A stretch of DNA of 64,000 nucleotides from an uncultured Pontibacter sp. (GCA_966250805.1 CBINIP010000014.1:12600-76599), one strand, 5' to 3'. Counted from the first letter of the stretch, positions 10,510 to 20,333 are shown. Program-made: numbers and translations. Notes: generated by a model from the sequence alone, not told the origin.

Positions 10510-11796
10510 TTAGCTAAGCACCTTTAACATTGCCTGTGCTTTCAGAAGACATTCTTCATATTCTTTATCCGGATCAGAATCGAAGGTGATGGCGCTGCCT
10601 ACCATGAAGGACAGGTAGCCGGTAGCTGCATTGTATTGTATACTTCTGATCACGACATTAAAATCGCAATCCTGATCAGGGGTAATGTAGCCAAAGGCAC
10701 CAGAGTATAAACCTCGTTTTGTAGTTTCAACTTCTTCAATTATTTCCATTGCCCTGATCTTAGGCGCTCCTGTCATACTTCCCATCGGGAAAGCCCTTGC
10801 CAATGCGTCTACCAGATCACTTTCTGGCCTTAGCTCGCCAACTATAGTTGATATCATCTGCGTAACCTGCCTGAAAGGGTAAATACCGAACATTTCCTCA
10901 ACCTTAACCGTGCCTGTAGCGCAAGACCGGCTCAGGTCATTCCGAACCAAGTCAACGATCATCATGTTTTCTGCCAGTTCCTTTTCGTCGTGACGGAGTT
11001 GGTGCTGTAGTTGTAAATCTTCTTCAGGCGTTAAGCCACGGCGTATAGTGCCTTTTATTGGCTGCGAGATCAACTTTCGTCCTTCTTTCTTTAGGAACCG
11101 TTCTGGCGAAGCGCATAGCAGAAACTTATCTTGGCATTTAAGAAAACCTGAAAAAGGAGTGGGGGAAGCCTGGTTAAGCGACAAGTATAAACTCAGAGGG
11201 TCAATTACGGCATGCTCTGCATAAAACTCCATGCAATAATTAAGCTCGTACACATCACCTTCCAGAATATAATTTTTAATCCGCTCCACCTGCTGTTTAT
11301 ACTGCTCTTTTGGCACTCTTTGCTGCACCTTTACGGGTTCTGGATTTAAGGCTACCGCTTCATCGAAAGAAAGTATAGTTGCAAGTATAGAATCGACATT
11401 ATCTATTGAACTTTTTATACTTACACTGTCGTGCTTAAAGTATAAGTATACTTCAGGCTCAAAGAAAAAAAGCAGAGGAAACCCTACTTGATCGTCATGC
11501 TCACTCCTGAGTTTCTCCAATTGATTTTTTAAGTCGTAGGTAAGGAAACCGCACAACAGATCCTGCTGCTCAGTTAATGCCTTGCGCAAGCTGCCAAAAG
11601 CATCCTGCTCATTAAGCGATAAAGGCGCACCGCTAGAAACAGCTAACAGATCAATAAAGCCATTGTAAGGATAAGGGATATCGTTGGAAGTATAATAAGC
11701 AACTGACAAGAATTGCTGCGCCCAATTGAGAGCCTTCAGCCTGCAGCTGTACAAGGAAATCGGTAGATCGGCAGCTTTTACTTCTTTGGTATACAT
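10510..11796 (-). CDS. pabB: Aminodeoxychorismate synthase component I (chorismate-binding enzyme)
   Basis: 428 aa. The FPMGSMTGAPKIRAMEIIEEVE motif resembles PabB (SITGAPK) more than TrpE or MenF. Confidence 0.75.
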   Translation of the reverse strand: MYTKEVKAADLPISLYSCRLKALNWAQQFLSVAYYTSNDIPYPYNGFIDLLAVSSGAPLSLNEQDAFGSLRKALTEQQDLLCGFLTYDLKNQLEKLRSEHDDQVGFPLLFFFEPEVYLYFKHDSVSIKSSIDNVDSILATILSFDEAVALNPEPVKVQQRVPKEQYKQQVERIKNYILEGDVYELNYCMEFYAEHAVIDPLSLYLSLNQASPTPFSGFLKCQDKFLLCASPERFLKKEGRKLISQPIKGTIRRGLTPEEDLQLQHQLRHDEKELAENMMIVDLVRNDLSRSCATGTVKVEEMFGIYPFRQVTQMISTIVGELRPESDLVDALARAFPMGSMTGAPKIRAMEIIEEVETTKRGLYSGAFGYITPDQDCDFNVVIRSIQYNAATGYLSFMVGSAITFDSDPDKEYEECLLKAQAMLKVLS

Positions 11797-11810
11797 AGTA
11801 TAATACAGTG

Positions 11811-13283
11811 CTAAAATGCTGACAAAGCTAATTTAGCCTTTTGGTCAATACTGTTCTTGTAGGCGTGTCCTTTAAAACTGAGCGCCTTTCGGAAGTATAA
11901 TTTCGCTTTAGCAGTGTTATTTTCTGCCTGGTAAATATATCCTAACTGCAGAGCGGAGTTAGGAGCAAAGTATAAACCAGAGCCCTGCCCAATACTTAGA
12001 GCCTGTTCATAATATTGTTTAGCAAGCTCAATTTCTTCGAGGCCGTGGTAGATGCGCGCTTTTCGGTAGTAGTATTCTTCTTTAAAAGCCTGAGGCGTAG
12101 CAGAAGTAATTTCAAAATGATTTAGTTCGTTTAGCGCTTCGCGGTTGTAACCACCATCAGAGCGCAGGCGTGCCAAAAGCAGGTGTCTGTTCAAAGGCTG
12201 ATTCTCGTTTATAAAACGTTGAGCGTAAGTATCTTCTTCCACTACAGACTTACCTAAAGCCTTAACCTGCGCCAGATACACATTTGCCTGCTTCAGATTA
12301 TTTTTTAACCAATAAGCTAAGTATAACTTAAAGTATGCAGATTTAAGGTAATGCTCGCCGCGGTGCTTGCTCAGGAAAATCTTATTCTCCTGTATAGAAT
12401 TATCAATATCGCCACGACACAAATAAAGCTCCGCCGCCATGTGGTGAAGGTAGGGGAAAGAGAGATAATAATTGCTTTCGGCTCTTTTCTGCAAAGTATA
12501 AAGTGCATCGTTGCTGTGCTTAAGCTTTTTACTTACAAATGCAGAGGCAAAACTATAAAGCAGATTGTCAGGCTCCTCTTCTAAGAGCTTATTAATAACA
12601 GCTTTAGTAGTAAAACCCTTCTGCTGATCGAGTTGCTGCAGCAACATGGCATGCAGCACAATAGCTTCTTTGAAGAAAGGATTTTGTTTGGATGTGGCAG
12701 CCTTAAGATTAGTCACACCGGTTGCTACACTGCCCTGCATCCCCATTATATTCAGAAACCACCTGTAACTGTCCGGTACAGAACCAATTAGCGCCTGCAT
12801 TATACCTAACGTTTTCTTATTGGGCAGAAAGCCGGGGTATTGCTTAGCGTTAGCGGCGTATTGCAGGTAAGCCAGCCTGAAATCCCAGGCTGCTGCCAGG
12901 CGGTTGCCGAAAATAAGTTTTGTGATGGCAATATGGGTGCGTACTTCGGCCAAACCATAACCCACCCAAGGCGAAGCCTCATTCAGACTAGCTAATTTTT
13001 GCAGCCGCTTTTCCTGGGCCTTGAGCAGATGCTCATATTCTGCAGGGTTTTGCTGCACACATACAGTCAGGAAGTCCGGGTAATTTGAAACAAGTATAGC
13101 TACCGCATTCTCATCATCAGCCTGAATCTCTTTCTGGATGAGAGCACGCCCTGTGGCAGTTTTAAGTTTTATACTTTCAGCGTAAGAACGCGCTATGCGT
13201 TCGTTGAAAGCGGACAGGGCATAGGTGGACAGGCTGAACAGGTATAGGCACAGCAACAAAAAAAAAGGATGGGGTTTAGCCAT
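11811..13283 (-). CDS. Hypothetical secreted TPR-repeat protein
   Basis: The start is set at MAKPHPFFLLLCLYLFSLSTYALSA (signal peptide). The C-terminal half has TPR-like repeats (AKQYYEQALSIG, AKLYFRKALSF). The ORF track extends the start to 13322. Confidence 0.6.
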   Translation of the reverse strand: MAKPHPFFLLLCLYLFSLSTYALSAFNERIARSYAESIKLKTATGRALIQKEIQADDENAVAILVSNYPDFLTVCVQQNPAEYEHLLKAQEKRLQKLASLNEASPWVGYGLAEVRTHIAITKLIFGNRLAAAWDFRLAYLQYAANAKQYPGFLPNKKTLGIMQALIGSVPDSYRWFLNIMGMQGSVATGVTNLKAATSKQNPFFKEAIVLHAMLLQQLDQQKGFTTKAVINKLLEEEPDNLLYSFASAFVSKKLKHSNDALYTLQKRAESNYYLSFPYLHHMAAELYLCRGDIDNSIQENKIFLSKHRGEHYLKSAYFKLYLAYWLKNNLKQANVYLAQVKALGKSVVEEDTYAQRFINENQPLNRHLLLARLRSDGGYNREALNELNHFEITSATPQAFKEEYYYRKARIYHGLEEIELAKQYYEQALSIGQGSGLYFAPNSALQLGYIYQAENNTAKAKLYFRKALSFKGHAYKNSIDQKAKLALSAF

Positions 13284-13329
13284 CCTTTTTGATATTTTAA
13301 GAAAGCGTAAAACGCTCCTCATATTTTGC

Positions 13330-14061
13330 TTAGAATATGCGCTGCTCTACACCTGCAAGAATTCTTCCGCAGTGCTCGCAAACGATTACTTTTTTCTGAG
13401 CTGCAATATCAGCCTGACGCTGAGGCGGAACTGTGTTAAAGCAACCACCGCATGCATCACGCTTAACAGTTACAACAGCAAGGCCATTGCGTACGTTTTT
13501 GCGGATACGGTTGTAGGCACTTAACAAACGCTCTTCGATGTGTGTAGCGGCTTCAGCACGATCATGTTCAAGCTTTTGCTCTTCTTCTTCGCTTTCAGAA
13601 ACAATCTGCTCCAGCTCATGTTTCTTATTATCAAGGTCTTTGCGACGCTCTTCCAGGCGATGCTTAGTACCTTCTACCTCGCTGTTCTTCTGCTCGATCT
13701 GGTAATATGCTTCCTTGATCTTCTTTTCAGCGATCTGGATCTCGAGTTTCTGAAGCTCTATCTCTTTTGTGATGGCATCATACTCGCGGTTGTTGCGCAC
13801 ATTTGACTGCTGATCTTCATACTTACGGATCAGACCTTCAGCATCTTTGATAGACTGTCTGCGCTGTGCGATTGCCTCATTCAGAGCGGCTACATCATCA
13901 TCAAACTTGCGTACCCTTACCTCATAGCCTTCAATCTCGTCTTCAAGATCACGAACCTCTTCAGGCAGGTCACCTCTTACGCGTCTGATTTCATCTAGCT
14001 GAGAGTCAATGCTCTGGAGCTTCAATAATGATTCCAATTTACTGGCTACCGTACTTTCCAT
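13330..14061 (-). CDS. Zinc-ribbon / coiled-coil protein (COG1579-type, the usual Nif3 partner)
   Basis: 243 aa. A long coiled coil is followed by a C-terminal CGGC...CEHCGR zinc ribbon. It lies 3 nt downstream of the nif3-like gene. Confidence 0.7.
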   Translation of the reverse strand: MESTVASKLESLLKLQSIDSQLDEIRRVRGDLPEEVRDLEDEIEGYEVRVRKFDDDVAALNEAIAQRRQSIKDAEGLIRKYEDQQSNVRNNREYDAITKEIELQKLEIQIAEKKIKEAYYQIEQKNSEVEGTKHRLEERRKDLDNKKHELEQIVSESEEEEQKLEHDRAEAATHIEERLLSAYNRIRKNVRNGLAVVTVKRDACGGCFNTVPPQRQADIAAQKKVIVCEHCGRILAGVEQRIF

Positions 14062-14064
14062 GTA

Positions 14065-15165
14065 TTAAAAAGTGTATCTGATAGGGTTTGTGTTTACGTT
14101 CGATAAATAGACTGCAAAAGTAGCAAAGTTTTTTGAAATTGTATCATAAAAAATCTCCTTCGTAAATACTTCGCTTTCATAGTGCCCGATGTCCGCTATC
14201 ATCAGCCTGCCTTCAGCATCAAAAAACTCATGGTATTTCACATCACCCGTTACCAGCGCGTCGGCACCACTTCGAATGGCATCTTTAATCAAAAAACTTC
14301 CGGCACCGCCACAAACTGCTACCCGTTTTATACTTTTATGGCTGAGCGGGGTATAGCGCAGGCCCTGCAACTGCATTTTATCTTTCAGGTAGGTCAGAAA
14401 TTGCTCTTCAGTTAAAGCCTCCTTCAGCTCACCGATCACACCAATACCTACTTCTTGGTTCGAGTTTTCTAAAGCAGTAATAGAATGTGCAACCTCTTCG
14501 TAAGGGTGCGCCTTGAGCAAAGCGTTCATTAGCGTGTGCTGCAGATAAGCCGGAAAAATAACCTCAATGCGGTTTTCCTGTACTTCCTCTGGTTTACCAA
14601 TCTGGCCTATCTTAGGATCTGCACCTTCAGTGGGTAAAAACCTGCCTGTACCCTGTACCTGGAAACTGCAGTTGCTATAGTTTCCTATTTGTCCGGCACC
14701 GGCTTTGTGCATTGCATCCAGCACCTCATCCGTATTCTCAACCGGTACAAATACAACCAGCTTCATCAGTGTTTGCGGTTTGTTTACAAGTATGCGCGTG
14801 TTAAGCAACTCCAGCTTTTCAGCTATTTTGGCATTTACACCATTATGCACATTGTCTAAGTTCGTATGGCAGGCATAGATAGCAATGTTGTGCTGTATGG
14901 CTTTAATAATGGTACGTTCTACATAACTGCGGCCTGTTAGCGACTTCAATCCTTTAAATATTACCGGATGGTGCGCTACCACCAGGTTACAACCTTTGGC
15001 AATAGCTTCATCCAATACCTGCTCGGTGCAGTCCAGCGTTACAAGAACACCTGTCACTTCATCTGAGCTGTTCCCTGTTTGTAATCCGGAGTTATCGTAA
15101 CTTTCCTGGTATCGTGGGGGTGCGTAGGCTTCCAGCACCTTGATAACTTCTTGTATCGTTGCCAT
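14065..15165 (-). CDS. Nif3-like dinuclear metal centre protein (YqfO type with a PII-like insert)
   Basis: 366 aa. It shows the VVAHHP and CHTNLD motifs and a C-terminal GHYESE. Confidence 0.85.
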   Translation of the reverse strand: MATIQEVIKVLEAYAPPRYQESYDNSGLQTGNSSDEVTGVLVTLDCTEQVLDEAIAKGCNLVVAHHPVIFKGLKSLTGRSYVERTIIKAIQHNIAIYACHTNLDNVHNGVNAKIAEKLELLNTRILVNKPQTLMKLVVFVPVENTDEVLDAMHKAGAGQIGNYSNCSFQVQGTGRFLPTEGADPKIGQIGKPEEVQENRIEVIFPAYLQHTLMNALLKAHPYEEVAHSITALENSNQEVGIGVIGELKEALTEEQFLTYLKDKMQLQGLRYTPLSHKSIKRVAVCGGAGSFLIKDAIRSGADALVTGDVKYHEFFDAEGRLMIADIGHYESEVFTKEIFYDTISKNFATFAVYLSNVNTNPIRYTF

Positions 15166-15212
15166 GTTATTCTTCTTTGTGTCTTATAGCTGTGTCGGCA
15201 CGTTAAAATTAG

Positions 15213-15220
15213 TAATTTTG
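15213..15220 (+). promoter_or_regulatory. -7 promoter box (TAATTTTG) for lpxK
   Basis: It matches TAnnTTTG, 16 nt upstream of the ATG at 15237. Confidence 0.45.
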
Positions 15221-15236
15221 CCGCAGCTACAATACC

Positions 15237-16295
15237 ATGGTAAATTATCTGAAACTACTGCTCTGGCCTTTTGCTTTCCTTTACGGGAGAATAATGGCAG
15301 TACGTAATTATCTTTATAATACGGGCCTGCTGGTGTCGCACCGCTTTGTTTTGCCAGTGATTGCAGTAGGCAACCTGACAGTAGGAGGCACGGGTAAAAC
15401 CCCTCATGTAGAGTACCTGCTGCGCTTGCTTAAAGATTATAGTGTTGCTACACTTAGCCGGGGTTACAAGCGTAGTACAAAAGGATTTATACTTGCCAAT
15501 GAACATGCATCTGCTGCTACTATCGGGGATGAGCCTTACCAGTATCTCCGCGACTTTGCAGGGGTAACGGTAGCCGTATCAGAAGACAGGGTGAAAGGCG
15601 TGCAACAGCTTTTAGAAGCCAGACCTGACACAGAAGTTATAGTGCTTGATGATGCTATGCAGCATCGCCCAATAAATCCTTCCTTTAATATCCTGATCAC
15701 AGATTTTTACCGGCCATTTTACAAAGACCTGGTTATGCCAGCCGGTTTACTGCGCGAGCCAAAAACAGGAGCGAGTCGTGCCGATGCTGTTATTGTAAGT
15801 AAATGCCCGGAAAATCTTCCTAGTGCACAAAGAGCAAGTATAGCTGCAAGTATAAATAAGTATAGCAAAGCACCTGTATACTTCTCAGCTTATACTTATG
15901 GCGTACCAGTAAGTATAGGTTCAGAAAAAACATTGAGCAAAGAGGTGATTCTGCTTACAGGTATAGCTAATCCCAACCCTTTAAAGAAACAATTACAGGA
16001 GCAGGGTTATACTATACTGGAGCATGTTAATTTTCAGGATCATCACCAGTACACTGCACAGAACCTGCTTAAACTAAAAGAACAGGCCAGTAAGTATAAA
16101 AACCAAAATATCAGCATCATAACTACCCGGAAAGATGCGGTAAAACTGGAAGCAGAGGAGTTGCGGGCATTAACACAAAGCTTACCTGTATTTTACATTC
16201 CGATTGTTGTAAAACTGCTTGAAAGAGAGGAAGAGTTTAATAACATGGTGCTGCAACATGTACAGCATCAGCTTAAAAGCGAACTGAAATCGTAA
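15237..16295 (+). CDS. lpxK: Tetraacyldisaccharide 4'-kinase
   Basis: 352 aa with the P-loop VGNLTVGGTGKTP. Confidence 0.9.
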   Translation: MVNYLKLLLWPFAFLYGRIMAVRNYLYNTGLLVSHRFVLPVIAVGNLTVGGTGKTPHVEYLLRLLKDYSVATLSRGYKRSTKGFILANEHASAATIGDEPYQYLRDFAGVTVAVSEDRVKGVQQLLEARPDTEVIVLDDAMQHRPINPSFNILITDFYRPFYKDLVMPAGLLREPKTGASRADAVIVSKCPENLPSAQRASIAASINKYSKAPVYFSAYTYGVPVSIGSEKTLSKEVILLTGIANPNPLKKQLQEQGYTILEHVNFQDHHQYTAQNLLKLKEQASKYKNQNISIITTRKDAVKLEAEELRALTQSLPVFYIPIVVKLLEREEEFNNMVLQHVQHQLKSELKS

Positions 16296-16362
16296 ACAAG
16301 AACCATAAATACTGCTTTCGTCCTTAAGCAATTTGAAAATGTGCTTGTTGAGCGAAAATCAC

Positions 16363-16370
16363 TAATTTTG
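16363..16370 (+). promoter_or_regulatory. -7 promoter box (TAATTTTG) directly in front of the porin-like gene
   Basis: It matches TAnnTTTG and ends 4 nt before the GTG start at 16375, so the mRNA may be leaderless or nearly so. Confidence 0.35.
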
Positions 16371-16374
16371 AACT

Positions 16375-18273
16375 GTGAGAAAAAATCTATTAGCTGGAGT
16401 TATACTTATACTTTGCCTTATAGCAGGCAAAAGTGCCGTTGCGCAGATCGTTGATGACACAACAAAGGTGCTGTACAGTCCTAAAACAACGCTGAACCTA
16501 TATGAAGAAGACGTTCTGCAGGGAAACTATATAGAGTCGCGCATCGACACGAGCATCCAGAACATGCAGAACGAACGTTTCTGGTTTCATGACACGGCTT
16601 ATTACCAGCACCTAGGCAATGTAGGCACTGCAGCTAAACCTTTGCTGTTCCGCATGCCAACTAAGATCGGCATTCGTTTAGGTAAAAATGTTTTCGATCG
16701 TTATGCCTACAACCCCGACAGAATAAATTACTTTAACACCCGATCGCCTTACTCACATATTTACTATGTACAGGGCTCGCGTGGCGAAACCGTGTTTGAA
16801 GGTATATATGCCCGCAACATAAGCCCCAACTGGAATGCCGGCGTGGCTTATAACATAGTTTCTGCTACCAAACAGTTTAACGTACTTACCCGCCGCGAGA
16901 ACCTCGACAACCTGATTGACCACGAAGGGCTAAAGGCTTTTACCCATTACCGTTCTAAAAAAGGACGCTACGACCTGTTTGCCAACTTCACCTTTATGAA
17001 GCACGAGCAGATTGAACAAGGTGGCGTAAGAAGAGCTGAAGGCGATACATTAACAGATCAGTTTGAGTATGAAAATGAACTGGCGTGGCTAAACCAGGCA
17101 AGTACCCAGGAGTATCGTAACCACCTGCATGCCATGCAAATCCTGAAAATTGCAGGTGAACATCTTAAGGCATTCCATACTATAGATTACCGTACGCAGC
17201 GAAACGAATACCGCGATGATGCCATACCTAGTGATACAGCTGGTAACGTGTTATTTTACCCATATACTGATACCAACTTCAACCCTTTACAGACTAATGA
17301 TCGAACAATCTATAAAGAGCTGCAAAACGTTATAGGTTTCACTGGTAACAGCAAGATATCTTTTTATAAGGCTTACCTGAAGCAGCGCAACGGGAATGTT
17401 GAGTACAGCTCAATGATGTTGAACCAGGACACTACAACTTCCAGAGTTACTACCGATATAAACCGCAATCAGATATTTCTGGGCGGGCAGTTGCGCTTTA
17501 ACTATAAAAAAGCACTTCTGCAGTTCGATGGGGAGTACCAGTTGGTAAAAGATTACCGCCTGATGGGTACAGCCAAACTAGGTTTTCTGCAGTTCACACA
17601 GTCGCGCATCAGCCGTTCGCCATCGCTGGTACAGGAGCGCTACCTAAGCAACCATTTCGACTGGAACAATAGCAACTTCGAAAACTCTGTTACCGACCGT
17701 TCCGAAGCAAGCATTACAGCTAAGCTTGGGCAAAAGCAATTTGTGCGCATCAGTGCTAACTTCAACAACATACAGCGGCACATTTACTTCAACCAGAATG
17801 CCGAAGCAGCACAATTAAGCGGCAGCCAGCGCTTTTTTGGAGGACAGATAGAGCACCATATCCGTTTTGGTCCGGTGCACTTAGAGAACTTTGCAGCCTA
17901 CACCAACACCGACGAAGCGGAGACTATTCGCATACCGGAGTGGTTCGTGAACTCAAAGCTATACTTCCAGGGCTCATTATTTAAGAAAGCATTATATGGC
18001 CAGTTTGGTGTTGAAATGCATTTGCCTACCGATTACAGACCAGATGCCTACATGCCGGTTACGCAGCAGTTTTACCTCCAGGACAACTTCCTTTTCCAGA
18101 CTTACCCTGTAGTGGATGTGTTTATTACTGCTGATATCAAAACCCTGAACGTGTTCCTGAAAATGGCACACGTGAACGAAGGCATGCTGGAGCCAGGTTA
18201 TTACACTACGCCAGGCTATCCGGGTATGCGTCGCAGCTTTGTATTCGGCATCAAGTGGATGTTCTTCGACTAA
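16375..18273 (+). CDS. Putative outer-membrane beta-barrel / porin-like protein
   Basis: 632 aa. It has a signal peptide (LIAGKSAVAQ), alternating aromatic-rich beta-strand-like segments and a C-terminus KWMFFD. Confidence 0.55.
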   Translation: MRKNLLAGVILILCLIAGKSAVAQIVDDTTKVLYSPKTTLNLYEEDVLQGNYIESRIDTSIQNMQNERFWFHDTAYYQHLGNVGTAAKPLLFRMPTKIGIRLGKNVFDRYAYNPDRINYFNTRSPYSHIYYVQGSRGETVFEGIYARNISPNWNAGVAYNIVSATKQFNVLTRRENLDNLIDHEGLKAFTHYRSKKGRYDLFANFTFMKHEQIEQGGVRRAEGDTLTDQFEYENELAWLNQASTQEYRNHLHAMQILKIAGEHLKAFHTIDYRTQRNEYRDDAIPSDTAGNVLFYPYTDTNFNPLQTNDRTIYKELQNVIGFTGNSKISFYKAYLKQRNGNVEYSSMMLNQDTTTSRVTTDINRNQIFLGGQLRFNYKKALLQFDGEYQLVKDYRLMGTAKLGFLQFTQSRISRSPSLVQERYLSNHFDWNNSNFENSVTDRSEASITAKLGQKQFVRISANFNNIQRHIYFNQNAEAAQLSGSQRFFGGQIEHHIRFGPVHLENFAAYTNTDEAETIRIPEWFVNSKLYFQGSLFKKALYGQFGVEMHLPTDYRPDAYMPVTQQFYLQDNFLFQTYPVVDVFITADIKTLNVFLKMAHVNEGMLEPGYYTTPGYPGMRRSFVFGIKWMFFD

Positions 18274-18315
18274 AACTCTTTTTGCCAGCTTTTATACTTA
18301 ATATCTATTACCAGA

Positions 18316-18924
18316 ATGTCTACTACACAGCCAACTAAAACTATACTTCGCCTGCAATTGCCAACCGACCCGCGTTGGGTAAACATTGCCGAAAAGAATA
18401 TTGAAGATATATTGGTTGACCACGCTTACTGCGAACAAAAAGCAGCCACGTCAGCTATTTCGCTTATTGTTAAGTATCCTGATAAAACCAAGCTGGTAGA
18501 AGAAATGACAGACCTGGTAGCTGAGGAGTGGAGCCACTTTGAGCGCGTACTGGCCGAACTTAAGAAGCGTGGCTGGGGACTTGGACGCAACAGGCCAGAC
18601 GAATATGTAGTTGAGCTTGCCAAACACATACGCAAAGGGAACAAACGCGAACGCCAGCTAATGGACCACCTACTGGTTAACGCCCTGATAGAAGCCCGAA
18701 GCTGCGAGCGCTTTAAGCTGCTATGGAAAAACATTCAGGATGAAGAACTGCAGAAATTCTACTATGAACTTATGGTATCAGAAGCAGGCCATTATGTAAG
18801 CTTTGTAAAACTGGCTAAAGAATACATGCCTGCCGAAGAAGTAGACGCCCGCCTGAAAGAACTACTGGAAATAGAAGCCAACATCATCCGCAACCTGGAA
18901 CCCAGACCAGACCGAATGCACTAG
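18316..18924 (+). CDS. miaE: tRNA-(ms2io6A37)-hydroxylase MiaE (di-iron)
   Basis: 202 aa. DHAYCEQKAA and IEARSCERF match the remembered MiaE ferritin-like motifs (DHxxCExKAA and EARSCERF). Confidence 0.7.
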   Translation: MSTTQPTKTILRLQLPTDPRWVNIAEKNIEDILVDHAYCEQKAATSAISLIVKYPDKTKLVEEMTDLVAEEWSHFERVLAELKKRGWGLGRNRPDEYVVELAKHIRKGNKRERQLMDHLLVNALIEARSCERFKLLWKNIQDEELQKFYYELMVSEAGHYVSFVKLAKEYMPAEEVDARLKELLEIEANIIRNLEPRPDRMH

Positions 18925-18926
18925 TA

Positions 18927-18961
18927 CAGTTAACAGTGGGCAGTAAACAGTAAACAAAAGA
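18927..18961 (+). repeat. 7-bp-period tandem array (ACAGTnn x about 5)
   Basis: CAGT recurs at 18927, 18934, 18941 and 18948. Its inverted counterpart has ACTG at 19033, 19040, 19054 and 19061. Confidence 0.7.
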
Positions 18962-18972
18962 CGTAGTACTTA

Positions 18973-19023
18973 AAGTATAACAGGAAAGGCCGGAGTTTCA
19001 ATCCGGCCTTTCCTGTTATACTT
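18973..19023. terminator. Bidirectional terminator with a perfect 22-bp stem whose tips are the AAGTATAA/TTATACTT word
   Basis: AAGTATAACAGGAAAGGCCGGA (18973-18994), loop GTTTCAA, then TCCGGCCTTTCCTGTTATACTT (19002-19023). It lies between convergent miaE and the 19068-20333 gene. Confidence 0.8.
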
Positions 19024-19030
19024 GTTCTCT

Positions 19031-19064
19031 TAACTGATTACTGATAATTATTTACTGTTAACTG
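19031..19064 (+). repeat. 7-bp-period tandem array, inverted partner of 18927-18961
   Basis: The sequence reads TAACTGA TTACTGA TAATTAT TTACTGT TAACTGC. Confidence 0.7.
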
Positions 19065-19067
19065 CAA

Positions 19068-20333
19068 TCACGTTTTCTGCTTTTTCTTTTTTGCAGCCGG
19101 GAAAAGGATGTTGTTAAGTATAAGGCGGTAACCCGGCGAATTTGGGTGCAGGGCAAGGTCTGTTGGATCTTCGCCTACCAAATGCTGGTAATCCTCAGGG
19201 TCGTGGCCGCCATAAAAAGTCCAGGTGCCTTTGGCGTATGTGCCGTGCATATAGCGTATCTCGCTTAGTTCTTTATTTTCACCCATTACCACCACTTCAG
19301 GCTTCACCAAGCTTTTACGGAATGCGGTAGTTTGTCCCATAAAACCTTTTATAGTTTTAGCGTGGTTCTGTGTTAGCATGGTAGGTATGGGGTCCCATTT
19401 GGCTGAGAAAGTAAACAGCTGGAAGAAATCGTTCTCTTCATTTACAGGTCTTTCCTGTGGCTGCATATCTATGTTAGAGTATTCATACTCCAGAGGATTA
19501 CGCACAATTTTAAAATCACGGAAGGCAAAGGTTTTGCTGTAATCAAGCTTTTCCTGCATTTGGGGGTCTGCACCATCACCGTCATACATAACATCTACCA
19601 TATCCACGCCTTCGCCTGCAAGCGCAATATCATAGGTATCGGTTGCAGAGCACATGGCAAACAGGAAACCGCCACCAGCTGTAAAGCCTTTTATCTTGTT
19701 AACCACAGCTAGCTTTAACTGCGATACTTTTGCAAAACCAAGTTTTTTAGCCGATGCTTCTGCTTCCTGCTGTTGCTCCTGGTACCAAGGGTAATGGCGG
19801 TAGCTGGCATAAAACTTACCGTACTGGCCTGTAAAGTCTTCGTGGTGCAGGTGCAGCCAGTCATACTTTGGCAGATCGCCCCGCATGATCTCTTCGTCGT
19901 AAATTATTTCGTAAGGTATCTCAGCATAAGTTAGAACCAATGTAACGGCATCGTCCCAAGGCATTTTGGTTTTAGGGGAGTATACGGCAACTTTTGGCAC
20001 CTTCTCCAGCTTCATCACATCCATGTTGGCTTCCGGATCGCTGATCTGGGTAAGAATGCTATTGTACTGCGCATCAGATATAACATTATAGCTCACGCCG
20101 CGCACAACCAGCTCATTTTCCAGCTGCGGCGCATGCTGAAAAGCGAAACTACCGCCCCGGTAATTCAGCAGCCAATCCACCGGCACATCCTTCGACAGGA
20201 CCCAATAAGCAACTCCGTAAGACTTCAGGTGGTCTTTCTGCTCCTCATCCATTGGCACCAGAACTATAGAGGCCAGGCAACTGGAAGTATAAAGCAGTAA
20301 GGCAAAAAAGGTAAATAGGAATCGGGTCAGCAT
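19068..20333 (-). CDS. Conserved secreted hypothetical protein (possible glutamine-amidotransferase-like fold)
   Basis: 421 aa with a signal peptide. The GGGFLFAMCSATD segment resembles a nucleophile elbow. The function is not established. Confidence 0.45.
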   Translation of the reverse strand: MLTRFLFTFFALLLYTSSCLASIVLVPMDEEQKDHLKSYGVAYWVLSKDVPVDWLLNYRGGSFAFQHAPQLENELVVRGVSYNVISDAQYNSILTQISDPEANMDVMKLEKVPKVAVYSPKTKMPWDDAVTLVLTYAEIPYEIIYDEEIMRGDLPKYDWLHLHHEDFTGQYGKFYASYRHYPWYQEQQQEAEASAKKLGFAKVSQLKLAVVNKIKGFTAGGGFLFAMCSATDTYDIALAGEGVDMVDVMYDGDGADPQMQEKLDYSKTFAFRDFKIVRNPLEYEYSNIDMQPQERPVNEENDFFQLFTFSAKWDPIPTMLTQNHAKTIKGFMGQTTAFRKSLVKPEVVVMGENKELSEIRYMHGTYAKGTWTFYGGHDPEDYQHLVGEDPTDLALHPNSPGYRLILNNILFPAAKKKKQKT

